This document shows, in pieces, positions 27,547 through 36,151 of a stretch of 64,000 nt of DNA; within the stretch, counting starts at the first letter, position 1; the number at the start of each line of letters is the position of its first letter. This DNA is from Kofleriaceae bacterium (lineage in GTDB: Bacteria > Myxococcota_A > Polyangia > Haliangiales > Haliangiaceae). The notes under the pieces were generated by a model that was not told where the DNA came from, made no database searches, and saw nothing but the letters and a program-made list of their open reading frames with translations. A program made the position numbers and the translations under genes. The stretch lies in the NCBI GenBank assembly GCA_035262925.1, contig DATFRY010000602.1, positions 3,135-67,134 on the forward strand, written 5' to 3'.

Positions 27547-28422
27547 CTACCCCGAGTACTTGGCCCGGTACATGTCCGCGTACTGCGTGTAGAGCTGGTG
27601 GTACTTCATCGCCTCCTGCTGCATGCGCTTGTTCCAGAACATGCCGACGTTGCTCCAGTCGAGCGCCGACATCCCGAAGTGGGCGAGGACCGCGCTGGCG
27701 TCGTAGCCCCGGCTGGCACCGGCGCTCATGGCCTCCTGGATCTCGACGAAGCGCTCGAACGGGACCGGCTCGCCGCCCAGGTCTCCGCCGACCCCGACCG
27801 CGGCCGCCTGGGCCGCCTGGCCGCCGTACTGTCCCTGCGACGCGCCGGCGAACGCGTTGCCGTAGGCGGTGGCGATCGCGCCGCTGGTGTCGGTCGTCAT
27901 GCGCTGCATCCACTCGGCGCTGACCCGGTCCCACTTCGGCCGGTCCATGCCGGCGCGCGCGATGAGCGCGTCGATGTTGCCGCCGCCGGCCAGCGACGCC
28001 TGCACGTGGGCCCACTGCTCCATGGTCACGCCCTCGACCGGATCGAGCCCGCCGCCGCCCCCGCCGCGCCCGGTCATGGCGCCGGCCTTCTCGCGCATGA
28101 TGCGCTCGCGCGCGACGCCGCTCAGGCGGAACTCGAGGTCGGTCGGGTCCTGGCGCAGGTGGGCCGCCCACGACGCAACGCCCCAGCCGCGAAACGCCTC
28201 CCAGTGCCCGCCGTCGCGGAAGCCGAACACGCGGATGAGCAGGACCTCCTCGGGATCGAGCGGGCGGCCGTCCTCGTCATGGATGGGCTCGAGGTCCTCC
28301 TCGTCGGCGTTCATCAGGCGATCGCGCACGCTCTCCAGCTGGTAAAACCAGTCCTCGACGGACAGGCCGTTCCAGCCCTGGGGCATCGGATAGACGTTTC
28401 CATTCCACTGGAATTGGCTCAT
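27547..28422 (-). CDS. hypothetical protein with an internal duplication (X1)
   Basis: ATG 28422 (MSQFQWNGNVYPMP) is preceded by AAGGAG. Two related ~45-aa segments end in WMQRM and FWNKRM, separated by Gly/Ala/Gln-rich linkers. Confidence 0.6.
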   Translation of the reverse strand: MSQFQWNGNVYPMPQGWNGLSVEDWFYQLESVRDRLMNADEEDLEPIHDEDGRPLDPEEVLLIRVFGFRDGGHWEAFRGWGVASWAAHLRQDPTDLEFRLSGVARERIMREKAGAMTGRGGGGGGLDPVEGVTMEQWAHVQASLAGGGNIDALIARAGMDRPKWDRVSAEWMQRMTTDTSGAIATAYGNAFAGASQGQYGGQAAQAAAVGVGGDLGGEPVPFERFVEIQEAMSAGASRGYDASAVLAHFGMSALDWSNVGMFWNKRMQQEAMKYHQLYTQYADMYRAKYSG

Positions 28423-28571
28423 GGGGCTCCTTGCAGACTCCGGGCAATCGCCGCCCAACGCGGCAGAGGTCGAAGTTATTCGACGGCCGACGGAGCCGGC
28501 TTCCCCGCCCCGGTGGAGTTTCGCGTCTCGTCCGTCCCGCCGGGGCGGGCGCGATGTTGCGCGGGCCGCCG

Positions 28572-30038
28572 CTACCTCGGGTACCAGGGGGGAATCGCGG
28601 CCGAGTGGTTGATCCACACCGACTTCGCGTGGGTGTACTCGTGCATGGCGTCGAAGCCCATCTCGCGGCCGTAGCCGGAGCCGCGCACGCCCCCGAACGG
28701 AGAGCCGGGGTTGACCCGCTTGTACGAGTTGACCCAGACCATGCCGGCAGCGAGCGCGCCGGCCACGCGGTGGGCGCGCCCGAGATCCGCGGTCCACAGG
28801 CCGCCGCCCAGCCCGTAGTCGGTCCCGTTGGCCAGCGCGATCGCCTCGTCCTCGCCGCGGAAGGTCGTCACGGTGACGAACGGGCCGAACACCTCCTCGC
28901 GGCACACGCGGTGCTCCGGCCGGGCGCGCACCACGGTCGGCTCGATGTAGTAGCCGGCCGCCAGATCGCCGCGCTCCGCCGGCGGACCGCCGCCGAGCAG
29001 GACCTCGCCCCCCTCGTCGCGCGCGACCTCGACGTAGGCGAGCACGCGGTCGCGGTGGACGGCCGACGTGAGCGGGCCCATCTCGGTCGCCGGATCGAGC
29101 GGGTCGCCGACCCGGATCGAGCGCGCCAGGTCGAGGAAGCGCGCGAGGAAGCGCTCGGCGATCCCCTCCTCGAGCAGCAGGCGCGATCCCGCGATGCAGG
29201 CCTGGCCCTGGTTGTGGAACACGGCGAAGGCGGCGCCGTTGACCGCCGCGGTGAGGTCGGCGTCGTCGAAGACGATGTTGGCCCCCTTGCCGCCCAGCTC
29301 CAGCTGCACCCGCTTGAGGTTGCCGGCCGAGGCCTCGACCACCGCGCGGCCCGACGCGGTCGATCCGGTGAAGGAGACCTTGTCGATGTCCGGGTGGCGC
29401 GCGATCGCGGCCCCGGCCGCCGCGCCGACTCCGGGCACCATGTTGACCACGCCGGCGGGGAACCCGGCCTCGCCGGCGAGCTCGGCCACCACCAGCGACG
29501 TGAGCGGGGTCAGCTCCGACGGCTTGTAGACCACCGTGTTGCCCGCGGCCAGCGCAGGGCCGAGCTTCCAGCTGGTGAACATGAGCGGGAAGTTCCACGG
29601 CGTGATCTGCCCGACCACGCCGACCGGCTCGCGCGTCACGTAGTTGAGGAAGCCGGGTTCGACCGGGATGACGTCGCCGTGGTGCTTGTCGGCCATGCCG
29701 GCGAAGTAGCGGAACGTGGCCACCGTGCGCGGCACGTCGAGCACTCGCGAGTCGCGGATCGGGTGGCCGGTGTCCGCGCTCTCGAGCCGGGCCAGCTCGT
29801 CGCCCCGCGCCTCGATGAGATCGGCCAGCCGCGCCAGCAGGCGCCCGCGCTCGGCCGCCGGCGTGCGGCTCCAGCCCGGGAACGCGCGGCGGGCGGCAAG
29901 GGCCGCGCGGTCCACGTCCTCCTCGCGCGCCTCGGCGACCCGGGCCAGCAGGCTGCCGTCGTGCGGGTTGACGACCGGCAGGGTGCCGCCGCCGGCGGCG
30001 TCGACGAAGCGGCCGTCGATGAAGAGCTGCGCCCGCAT
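28572..30038 (-). CDS. NAD(P)-dependent aldehyde dehydrogenase (context: 4-hydroxymuconic-semialdehyde dehydrogenase-like)
   Basis: 488 aa, with ALDH signatures (ELGGKGANIVF, FHNQGQACIAGSR). ATG lies 7 nt after the stop of the dioxygenase large-subunit gene. Confidence 0.9.
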   Translation of the reverse strand: MRAQLFIDGRFVDAAGGGTLPVVNPHDGSLLARVAEAREEDVDRAALAARRAFPGWSRTPAAERGRLLARLADLIEARGDELARLESADTGHPIRDSRVLDVPRTVATFRYFAGMADKHHGDVIPVEPGFLNYVTREPVGVVGQITPWNFPLMFTSWKLGPALAAGNTVVYKPSELTPLTSLVVAELAGEAGFPAGVVNMVPGVGAAAGAAIARHPDIDKVSFTGSTASGRAVVEASAGNLKRVQLELGGKGANIVFDDADLTAAVNGAAFAVFHNQGQACIAGSRLLLEEGIAERFLARFLDLARSIRVGDPLDPATEMGPLTSAVHRDRVLAYVEVARDEGGEVLLGGGPPAERGDLAAGYYIEPTVVRARPEHRVCREEVFGPFVTVTTFRGEDEAIALANGTDYGLGGGLWTADLGRAHRVAGALAAGMVWVNSYKRVNPGSPFGGVRGSGYGREMGFDAMHEYTHAKSVWINHSAAIPPWYPR

Positions 30039-30045
30039 CGCGCGG

Positions 30046-31002
30046 CTAGAACTTGACCGGGTTCCTGGGCGCCTTGCCCTCGCTGATGAGCCGGGGCAGA
30101 TCGGAGGCCGCGTTCTCCCACACCAGCAGCATCGATCGCTTGGGCGCGTAGCCCTGGTGGCGGATGTCGGCCGGCATGGCGGCGACGTCGCCCGCCTTCA
30201 TGGTCACGCGGGCGCGCGGCTGGCCGGTCTCCTTGTCCTGCACGTCCCAGCTGATCTCGTCCGACAGCTGCACGAACCACTCGACCCGGTCGTTGCCGTG
30301 CAGGATGGGCAGGATGTACTCCTCGCTGGTCGGGCACATCAGGCTGTCGGCCACCACCGAGCAGACCGACGGGTTCCAGGTGACGTCGGAGCGCGACAGA
30401 TAGGCGAACAGGTTGAAGGCCGACACCTGGCCCTCGAAGCCGGGCTCGGCGTGGACCTCGGGCTCGTCCTGCGCCACGTCGGCGAAGTGGCGGTTGACCG
30501 GGTAGCCGGCCGCGTCGGTGCGGCGCGGCGCGTCGCCCGGCAGGCCCACCATGCGGCGGGCCGCGACCCGCTCGCGCCCGATCGCCTTGCGGCTGTCGCC
30601 GCGCTTGACCCCGAACGGGCTGCCGGTCTCGCCCGGCGCGGCGAACGGATCGAAGCCCTCGATGCACCAGTCGTCGAGCATGGCGCGGAAGGCGGCCATG
30701 AGCTTGGCCGACTCGAAGGTCTCGTTGTAGTCGGCCTTGCTGGCGCGGAACGCCTGGTTGAAGCGCCCCACGAACATGTCGACCGTGCCGTAGTGGTTGA
30801 AGGTGCCGAACACGGTGTCGAAGTTGACGAGGCCGTAGAAGAAGGCCCACGCCACGTCGCGCTGCAGCGCGCGCAGGAACGCGTCGACCGACATCTGATG
30901 CTGTCCCTTGGGACAGCGGATGTAGGCGAAGTACTCGTCGCGGCGGAACTCGAAGCCGCCGATCGCGAAGCTCTGGTAGCCCGCTTCGTTGGTCCTGGAC
31001 AT
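30046..31002 (-). CDS. hydroquinone 1,2-dioxygenase large subunit-like (PnpD/HapD-type cupin)
   Basis: 318 aa. The C-terminal cupin has LHGNDRVEW...(47 residues from the first His)...IRHQG, giving an H-x-N-x3-E...H ligand pattern. This is the spacing I recall for PnpD Fe(II) ligands. It is paired with a ~165-aa subunit gene and an ALDH, as in hap/pnp clusters. Confidence 0.6.
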   Translation of the reverse strand: MSRTNEAGYQSFAIGGFEFRRDEYFAYIRCPKGQHQMSVDAFLRALQRDVAWAFFYGLVNFDTVFGTFNHYGTVDMFVGRFNQAFRASKADYNETFESAKLMAAFRAMLDDWCIEGFDPFAAPGETGSPFGVKRGDSRKAIGRERVAARRMVGLPGDAPRRTDAAGYPVNRHFADVAQDEPEVHAEPGFEGQVSAFNLFAYLSRSDVTWNPSVCSVVADSLMCPTSEEYILPILHGNDRVEWFVQLSDEISWDVQDKETGQPRARVTMKAGDVAAMPADIRHQGYAPKRSMLLVWENAASDLPRLISEGKAPRNPVKF

Positions 31003-31014
31003 GGCGCGCTCCCG

Positions 31015-31512
31015 TCAGGCGGTGATGCAGATGTCGGCCCAGCGCTCCACCGTCTGGGCCCCGAGGATGGTCTGGAGGAGGAGGACGCTCGGCTCCGCGG
31101 CGCGCAGCTGATAGCCTGCGCCGACCGGAAGCAGCGACAGGTGACCGCGCCGCGCCATGATGCGCCCCATCGCCGCGCCGCGCGGCTCGCCCGCCAGGAG
31201 CGTGGTGCCGCGCGTCCCGGCCGGCACGCGCGCCGACTCCTCGAGCTGGCGCAACGTGACCTCGACGGCGCCGTCCATGACGAGGGCGAACTCGTCGTGC
31301 GCGGCCGCGTACCACGGCGACGTGCCCTCCGCGCGGACCGCCTCGAGCACGTACTCCATGTTGCGCGCGACCGCGACCTTCTCCCACGGCCGCGCCCGCG
31401 AGGCGACCTCGAACACGTTCGAGAAGGCGTAGTTGCCGGGGTCGTCCCGGATGATCTGGATGCCGCCCTTCTCGAACTGCTTCAACGACCCGAACACGGT
31501 GCGAATGGCCAT
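31015..31512 (-). CDS. hydroquinone dioxygenase small subunit-like (PnpC/HapC-type)
   Basis: ATG 31512 (MAIRTVFGSLKQFEKGG) lies within ORF 31015..31617 and is preceded by GGAGGA. 165 aa, immediately upstream of the large subunit. The assignment rests on size and context. Confidence 0.5.
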   Translation of the reverse strand: MAIRTVFGSLKQFEKGGIQIIRDDPGNYAFSNVFEVASRARPWEKVAVARNMEYVLEAVRAEGTSPWYAAAHDEFALVMDGAVEVTLRQLEESARVPAGTRGTTLLAGEPRGAAMGRIMARRGHLSLLPVGAGYQLRAAEPSVLLLQTILGAQTVERWADICITA

Positions 31513-31550
31513 TCCAGTCCTCCGCTCGGCGCTCTGGGGGGTGTTGCCGT

Positions 31551-31587
31551 TGCGTGCGATAATCGCACACAGGTTCGATACTCGAAC
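31551..31587. promoter_or_regulatory. composite operator: GTGCGATAATCGCAC plus GTTCGATACTCGAAC (PcaR/IclR-type)
   Basis: Two perfect palindromes sit side by side in the 98-bp divergent region between the dioxygenase operon and the IclR gene. A near-identical copy lies at 44938-44975. Confidence 0.6.
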
Positions 31588-31610
31588 AAAGCGTAGTTGA
31601 GCCGCGATCC

Positions 31611-32399
31611 ATGTCAAGCAGCCGCCAGCGCCACAAGGCGCCCGAACCGTCGCCCGACTTCGTGCAGTCGCTCGCCCGTGGCCTGTCGGTGATCGAGGCG
31701 ATGGGCGCGTCGAGCGGGCCGATGACCCTCAGCCAGGCAGCCGCCGCGACCGGGCTGAGCCGGGCCGCCGCCCGCCGCCTGCTCCTGACCCTGACCGACC
31801 TGGGCTACGTCTCCGCCAGCGGCCGCAACTTCTCGCTGACCCCGCGCGTCCTCGGGCTCGGCTACTCCTACCTCGCCTCGCTGCCGCTGGCCCAGGTGGT
31901 GCTGCCGCCCATGGAGCGCCTGGTCGAGGAGGTGCACGAGTCCTCGTCGGTCTCGGTGCTCGACGGCGACGAGATCGTGTACGTCGCGCGCGTCCCGACC
32001 AAGCGCATCGTCACCGTCAACCTCGTCGTCGGGGCGCGCCTGCCCGCCTACGTGACGTCGATGGGGCGGGTGCTGCTGGCCGCGCTGGACCCGTGCGAGC
32101 TCGACGCATACTTCGCGCGCGTCGCGCCCGCCAGCCACACCAGCCGCACGGTCACCGGCCAGCCCGAGCTGCGGCGCATCCTGGCCCAGGTCGCACGCCA
32201 GGGCTGGGCCCTGGTCGACCAGGAGTTCACCGACGGCGTCCGCTCGATGGCGGTGCCGCTGCACGACCGCGGAGGCCGGGTGGTGGCCGCCATGAACGTG
32301 AGCAGCGCGCTGACCCGCCGCGCCCAGCTTCAGAAGGACGTGCTGCCGCGGTTGCTCGCGGCGGCGTCGGAGATCGACGCGTCGCTGCGGCACCGCTGA
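31611..32399 (+). CDS. IclR family transcriptional regulator (PcaR/PobR-like)
   Basis: N-terminal wHTH (FVQSLARGLSVIEAM...MTLSQAAAATGLSRAAARRLLLTLTDLGYV) and a C-terminal IclR effector domain (GVRSMAVPLHD). Confidence 0.9.
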   Translation: MSSSRQRHKAPEPSPDFVQSLARGLSVIEAMGASSGPMTLSQAAAATGLSRAAARRLLLTLTDLGYVSASGRNFSLTPRVLGLGYSYLASLPLAQVVLPPMERLVEEVHESSSVSVLDGDEIVYVARVPTKRIVTVNLVVGARLPAYVTSMGRVLLAALDPCELDAYFARVAPASHTSRTVTGQPELRRILAQVARQGWALVDQEFTDGVRSMAVPLHDRGGRVVAAMNVSSALTRRAQLQKDVLPRLLAAASEIDASLRHR

Positions 32400-33628
32400 G
32401 GCCAGTCGAGGGTCGGAGCCGGGTCGTCCGGACCTCCGTCGTCCAGGGCTCCGTCGTCCGGGCCGGAGCCGCGCACGACTTGCAACCGGCGGGTCGGCTG
32501 GTGGTCGCGCGCCGCCGCCCTTGCCGCGGGCTGCGCGGCCCGCGACGGGGCCCTGCGCCCGCGCCGGCGCGCGATGGTCGCGCCCAGCGCCCCGATCGCG
32601 CGGCCCGCGTGTCCCCAGCGCCGCGCGCGCAGGCGGCAGCGCTCGAGCTCGGCCACCAGCTCGTCCATCGACGGCCAGCGGTCCTCCGGCTCGCAGGCCA
32701 GGCCGCGCAGGACCACGCGGTGGAGGCTGCGCGGCACGTGGCGTCCCGCGCGCGGCGGCGCGATGTGGCCCTCCATGATCGCGCTCAGCAGCACCGCGGG
32801 CGGCATCACCGACGACTGCCCGCTGAACGGCCGCACGCCGTAGAGCGCCTCGTAGAGCGCGACGCAGTAGCCGAACTGATCGGAGCGCGCGGTGGCGCGC
32901 TGGCCCAGGAGCTGCTCCGGCGCCATGAACGCGAGCGTGCCGACCAGCACCCCCTCCTCGGTCACGGCGCGGGCGCCGGTGGTCGACTCGTCGTCCGACC
33001 CGGCGCCCGGGCCGGCCTCGGCAACGGGCAGCGCGAGTCCGAAGTCCGCGACCCTGGCAACTCCGTCCCGGCCCAGGAGCACGTTCTCCGGCTTGAAGTC
33101 CCGATGCACGAGGCCAACCCGGTGCGCCTCCGCCAACCCCCTCCCCGCCTCCATGAACTTCGCCACCACCTCGTCCCACGCGCGCGGCCGCGCCCCCAGC
33201 CATTCCTCGAGCGTGCCGCCGTCCACGTGCTCCATCGCGATGAACAGCCCATCGTCGGTGGCGCCCAGGTCGTAGACCGCCACGACGTTGGCGTGCGACA
33301 GCCGCGCCATCGCGCGAGCCTCCCCCAGCAGCCGACCGCGCTGCTCCGCCCGCGACCTCCCGCCCGCGCGGATGAGCTTGAGCGCCACGTGGCGATCGAG
33401 GTCCACGTCGCGCGCCGCCCACACCACCCCCATGGCCCCGGCGCCGATCTCGGAGATCAGCTCGTAGCGGCCGAACGAGACGCCCGGTCGCCACGCGATG
33501 GGCCGCACGTCCGCGTCCGGCATCATGCGGAACGGGAAGGTCGATGCCATCCCTGCCGGCGCACTCAGCTCCATCACCATGTCCCCATTCCCTCTCGCCT
33601 TGGCCGACACGTCGCGGGTCATGGTCAT
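32330..33628 (-). CDS. Hanks-type Ser/Thr protein kinase
   Basis: GAGAMGVVW, VALKLI, HRDFKPENVL, VADFGLA and FMAPE are all present. The C-terminal ~130 aa is low-complexity and overlaps the convergent IclR gene by 70 nt. The start is uncertain (several in-frame ATGs between 33628 and ~33530). Confidence 0.85.
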   Translation of the reverse strand: MTMTRDVSAKARGNGDMVMELSAPAGMASTFPFRMMPDADVRPIAWRPGVSFGRYELISEIGAGAMGVVWAARDVDLDRHVALKLIRAGGRSRAEQRGRLLGEARAMARLSHANVVAVYDLGATDDGLFIAMEHVDGGTLEEWLGARPRAWDEVVAKFMEAGRGLAEAHRVGLVHRDFKPENVLLGRDGVARVADFGLALPVAEAGPGAGSDDESTTGARAVTEEGVLVGTLAFMAPEQLLGQRATARSDQFGYCVALYEALYGVRPFSGQSSVMPPAVLLSAIMEGHIAPPRAGRHVPRSLHRVVLRGLACEPEDRWPSMDELVAELERCRLRARRWGHAGRAIGALGATIARRRGRRAPSRAAQPAARAAARDHQPTRRLQVVRGSGPDDGALDDGGPDDPAPTLDWPQRCRSDASISDAAASNRGSTSF

Positions 33629-33685
33629 AGTGCGGGACGGGGGTGGATCGTTTCAGCCCATCGCCCGCTCCCGGAGCGGGCCGGA

Positions 33686-36151
33686 TCACCCCTGCTGCTG
33701 CACGTAGATGACGAACGGGCCCCAGTAAAAGGGCTTGCGGTAGGCGCCCGTCGAGTGGAGCAGCTCCAGCCGGGCCTGCCGCAGCGCCTCGGCCGGGGGC
33801 GTGCCGGCGGCCAGCCGCGCGTACAGCCCGCTCATGATGTGCGCCGTGGAGGCGTCCTCGACGTTCCACAGCCCGGCCACCACGTGGCGCGCCCCGGCCC
33901 GGAGGAAGGCCCAGGCGAAGCCGACCAGCCCCTCGCCCCGGTATGCGCGCGCACCGGCCCCGCGGCAGGCGGACAGCGACACCAGCTCGGCGTGGATGGG
34001 CGTCCTCACGATGTCGTGGGCGTAGAGCTTGTAGTTCAGGTCCTTCTCGGACAGCACGACGGCCGAGTCGAGCGGCTGCTCGGACTGGCTCGTGGCGTGC
34101 GCGGCGAAGTGGATGTACTCGAAGCGCGACGGATCGGCCTCGCCATAGGCGGTGGGCGTGGCCTCGCTGCCGGTCACGACCAGCGTCTTCTCGGGCGGGA
34201 AGTGGCTGGCCACCTCCGCCATCTCACGCCCGGCGTTCGGCAGGGCCGGGTACTGCGCGCTCGGCTGCACCGGGTCGCCGATCGCGAGCAGCTCGCGGTC
34301 GGGCGGAGCCGCGGAGGGGCGCGGCGCGGTCAGGAGCCCCAGCGAGGGCGCCCGCATGGTGACCACGTCCTCGATCCAGTAGTGGGGCGCGGGCGACGGC
34401 ACCACCAGCGTGTCGAAGCTGAGCTGATGGAGCGCGCCGTCCGGCACGATGATGACCCGCGAGCCCCTGGGGATGTGAGAGGCGGCCGGCTGGACGAGGA
34501 TGCGGTAGAGCTCGGTCGCGTCGCGCAGCCCGGCTCTGAGCGGATCGCGCGAGCGCTGCACCTGGGCCTGATAGCTCTCCACCATGGCGCGCAGCTCGGC
34601 GGCGGGCGGCAGCTCGTGGACCTCGGTCGAGTCCGCGGTCACGACCCACAGGAAGGAGCGCTCGCCCAGCCAGTAGGACAGGAGCACGGCGTGTGCCGCG
34701 CGAGCCGCGGGCTCGAAGCGGTCGGGCGCCCGCTCGGGCGCGCCGGAACCCAGATGCTCCCACAGGACGCGCCCGCGGCTGCGATCGACCAGGGCCAGCG
34801 CCTCGGCGCCGCGGCCCCGATCGACCAGAAAGGCCGCGTAGCGGCCGTAGAACTCGACCAGGCTGGAGAACAGGAGAAATTCGAACGTGTCCTGCTCGAG
34901 CTCCGCCCGCATCGCCTCGATCGCCGAGCTGGCCTGGCGGAAGGCGTCCTCGGCCGCCTGCGGCCGCCCTCGAGCTACCTCGACGCTGGCGATGCCCGCG
35001 AAGGCCCGCCACTTTTGCTCGGCCTGGCCGGTGGACGCGCCGACGCGCTCGTACGTCGCCCGCGCCTGATCGAGCTGGCCCCGCTGGGCGAGGAGCTGCG
35101 CCTCCACCAGCGTGGGCGGTGGCGCGCGGCCGGAGTCGTGGTCGGCGACCAAGCTGGCCTCCTCGCGGGCGTGGGCCTCCGCGCCTGCCGAGTTGCCGGC
35201 CTGGATCTCGACCGTCTGAAGCAAGTCGAGGACCTCCCTCAGATCGTCGCGCTGGCCGAGCTTGCGCATCAGCGCGAGCGACCGCAGCAAGTTCGGCCGG
35301 GCGGAGCGGAGATCCCGCAGCTGAAAATGCACCAGGCCGAGGTTGTAGAGGGCGTACGCCGCATCCTCGGTGAGGCCGAGGCGGCCAGCGATCTCCGCCG
35401 ACTCCTGTAGCGGCGGCAGCGCCTTCTCTGCGTCCCCGAGGACCGTGTAGGACCATCCGAGATTGCCGAGCATCTTGGACTTGTCCATGTCGGTGGGCGA
35501 CGTGCCCAGGGCGAGCCGGAGCCAGTCGGCGGCGTCGTCGTAGCGCGAGGTCTGCAGGCGTACCAGCGCCAGGCTGTCGGCGGCCTGCCCCTCGAGGTGT
35601 CGCAGTCCGGCGCCGCGGGCCAGGGTCAACGCGCGGCGAAAGCTCCTCTCTGCCTGCTCGTAGTCCTCCCGGGCGATCGCGCACGTGCCGTGGCGCAGCG
35701 CGACCTCGGCGATGAGCCGTGTCGACGAGATCTCGTTCGCGATCGCCGCCGCGGTCGCCAGGAGGTCATCCGGACCCCTGCCGCGCTGACTGGCGTCCTG
35801 GTGGCGACCGAGCTCGCAGAGCACGAACGCTCGAGTCATCAGCCAACGGACCCGCGCCTCGGGCTGGACGCCCGGGGGCGCGGGCTTCGCCAGGAGGACC
35901 AGCGCGCTCTTCATGTCGCGGCGCGCAAGCAGGACCTCGGCCTTTAGGACGTCCAGCGACCAGGCCGCCGCCCGAGCGCCCGCCTTGACGGCGCGGCGGT
36001 ATCCGTCGTCGGCGATTGCCGACGCGCTGTCGAGGTGACCGCGCTCGAACTCGATATAGCCTCGCTCGCGGACCTGTTCGAGGTCGGGAATATCTTCCGA
36101 GCATCCGGCGAGAAAGCACAAGGCGGCCGCGATCGGCAGCCTGTGCTTCAT
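33686..36151 (-). CDS. TPR-repeat / CHAT (caspase-like) protease lipoprotein
   Basis: 821 aa. Signal and lipobox MKHRLPIAAALCFLAGC. About 500 aa of TPR-like helical repeats. The C-terminal CHAT domain has YIHFAAHA (His codon ~34097-34099) and LSACRG (Cys codon 33965-33967). The ATG overlaps the upstream stop (ATGA). Confidence 0.85.
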   Translation of the reverse strand: MKHRLPIAAALCFLAGCSEDIPDLEQVRERGYIEFERGHLDSASAIADDGYRRAVKAGARAAAWSLDVLKAEVLLARRDMKSALVLLAKPAPPGVQPEARVRWLMTRAFVLCELGRHQDASQRGRGPDDLLATAAAIANEISSTRLIAEVALRHGTCAIAREDYEQAERSFRRALTLARGAGLRHLEGQAADSLALVRLQTSRYDDAADWLRLALGTSPTDMDKSKMLGNLGWSYTVLGDAEKALPPLQESAEIAGRLGLTEDAAYALYNLGLVHFQLRDLRSARPNLLRSLALMRKLGQRDDLREVLDLLQTVEIQAGNSAGAEAHAREEASLVADHDSGRAPPPTLVEAQLLAQRGQLDQARATYERVGASTGQAEQKWRAFAGIASVEVARGRPQAAEDAFRQASSAIEAMRAELEQDTFEFLLFSSLVEFYGRYAAFLVDRGRGAEALALVDRSRGRVLWEHLGSGAPERAPDRFEPAARAAHAVLLSYWLGERSFLWVVTADSTEVHELPPAAELRAMVESYQAQVQRSRDPLRAGLRDATELYRILVQPAASHIPRGSRVIIVPDGALHQLSFDTLVVPSPAPHYWIEDVVTMRAPSLGLLTAPRPSAAPPDRELLAIGDPVQPSAQYPALPNAGREMAEVASHFPPEKTLVVTGSEATPTAYGEADPSRFEYIHFAAHATSQSEQPLDSAVVLSEKDLNYKLYAHDIVRTPIHAELVSLSACRGAGARAYRGEGLVGFAWAFLRAGARHVVAGLWNVEDASTAHIMSGLYARLAAGTPPAEALRQARLELLHSTGAYRKPFYWGPFVIYVQQQG

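Noticed and set aside
29636-35684. ORFs 29636..31636(-), 29716..31596(+), 31614..33869(-), 32093..35410(+) and 34224..35684(-), each 480-1100 aa.
   Set aside because: These are shadow frames over the ALDH, dioxygenase, IclR, kinase and CHAT genes. They have no motifs and the characteristic R/G/A/P composition.
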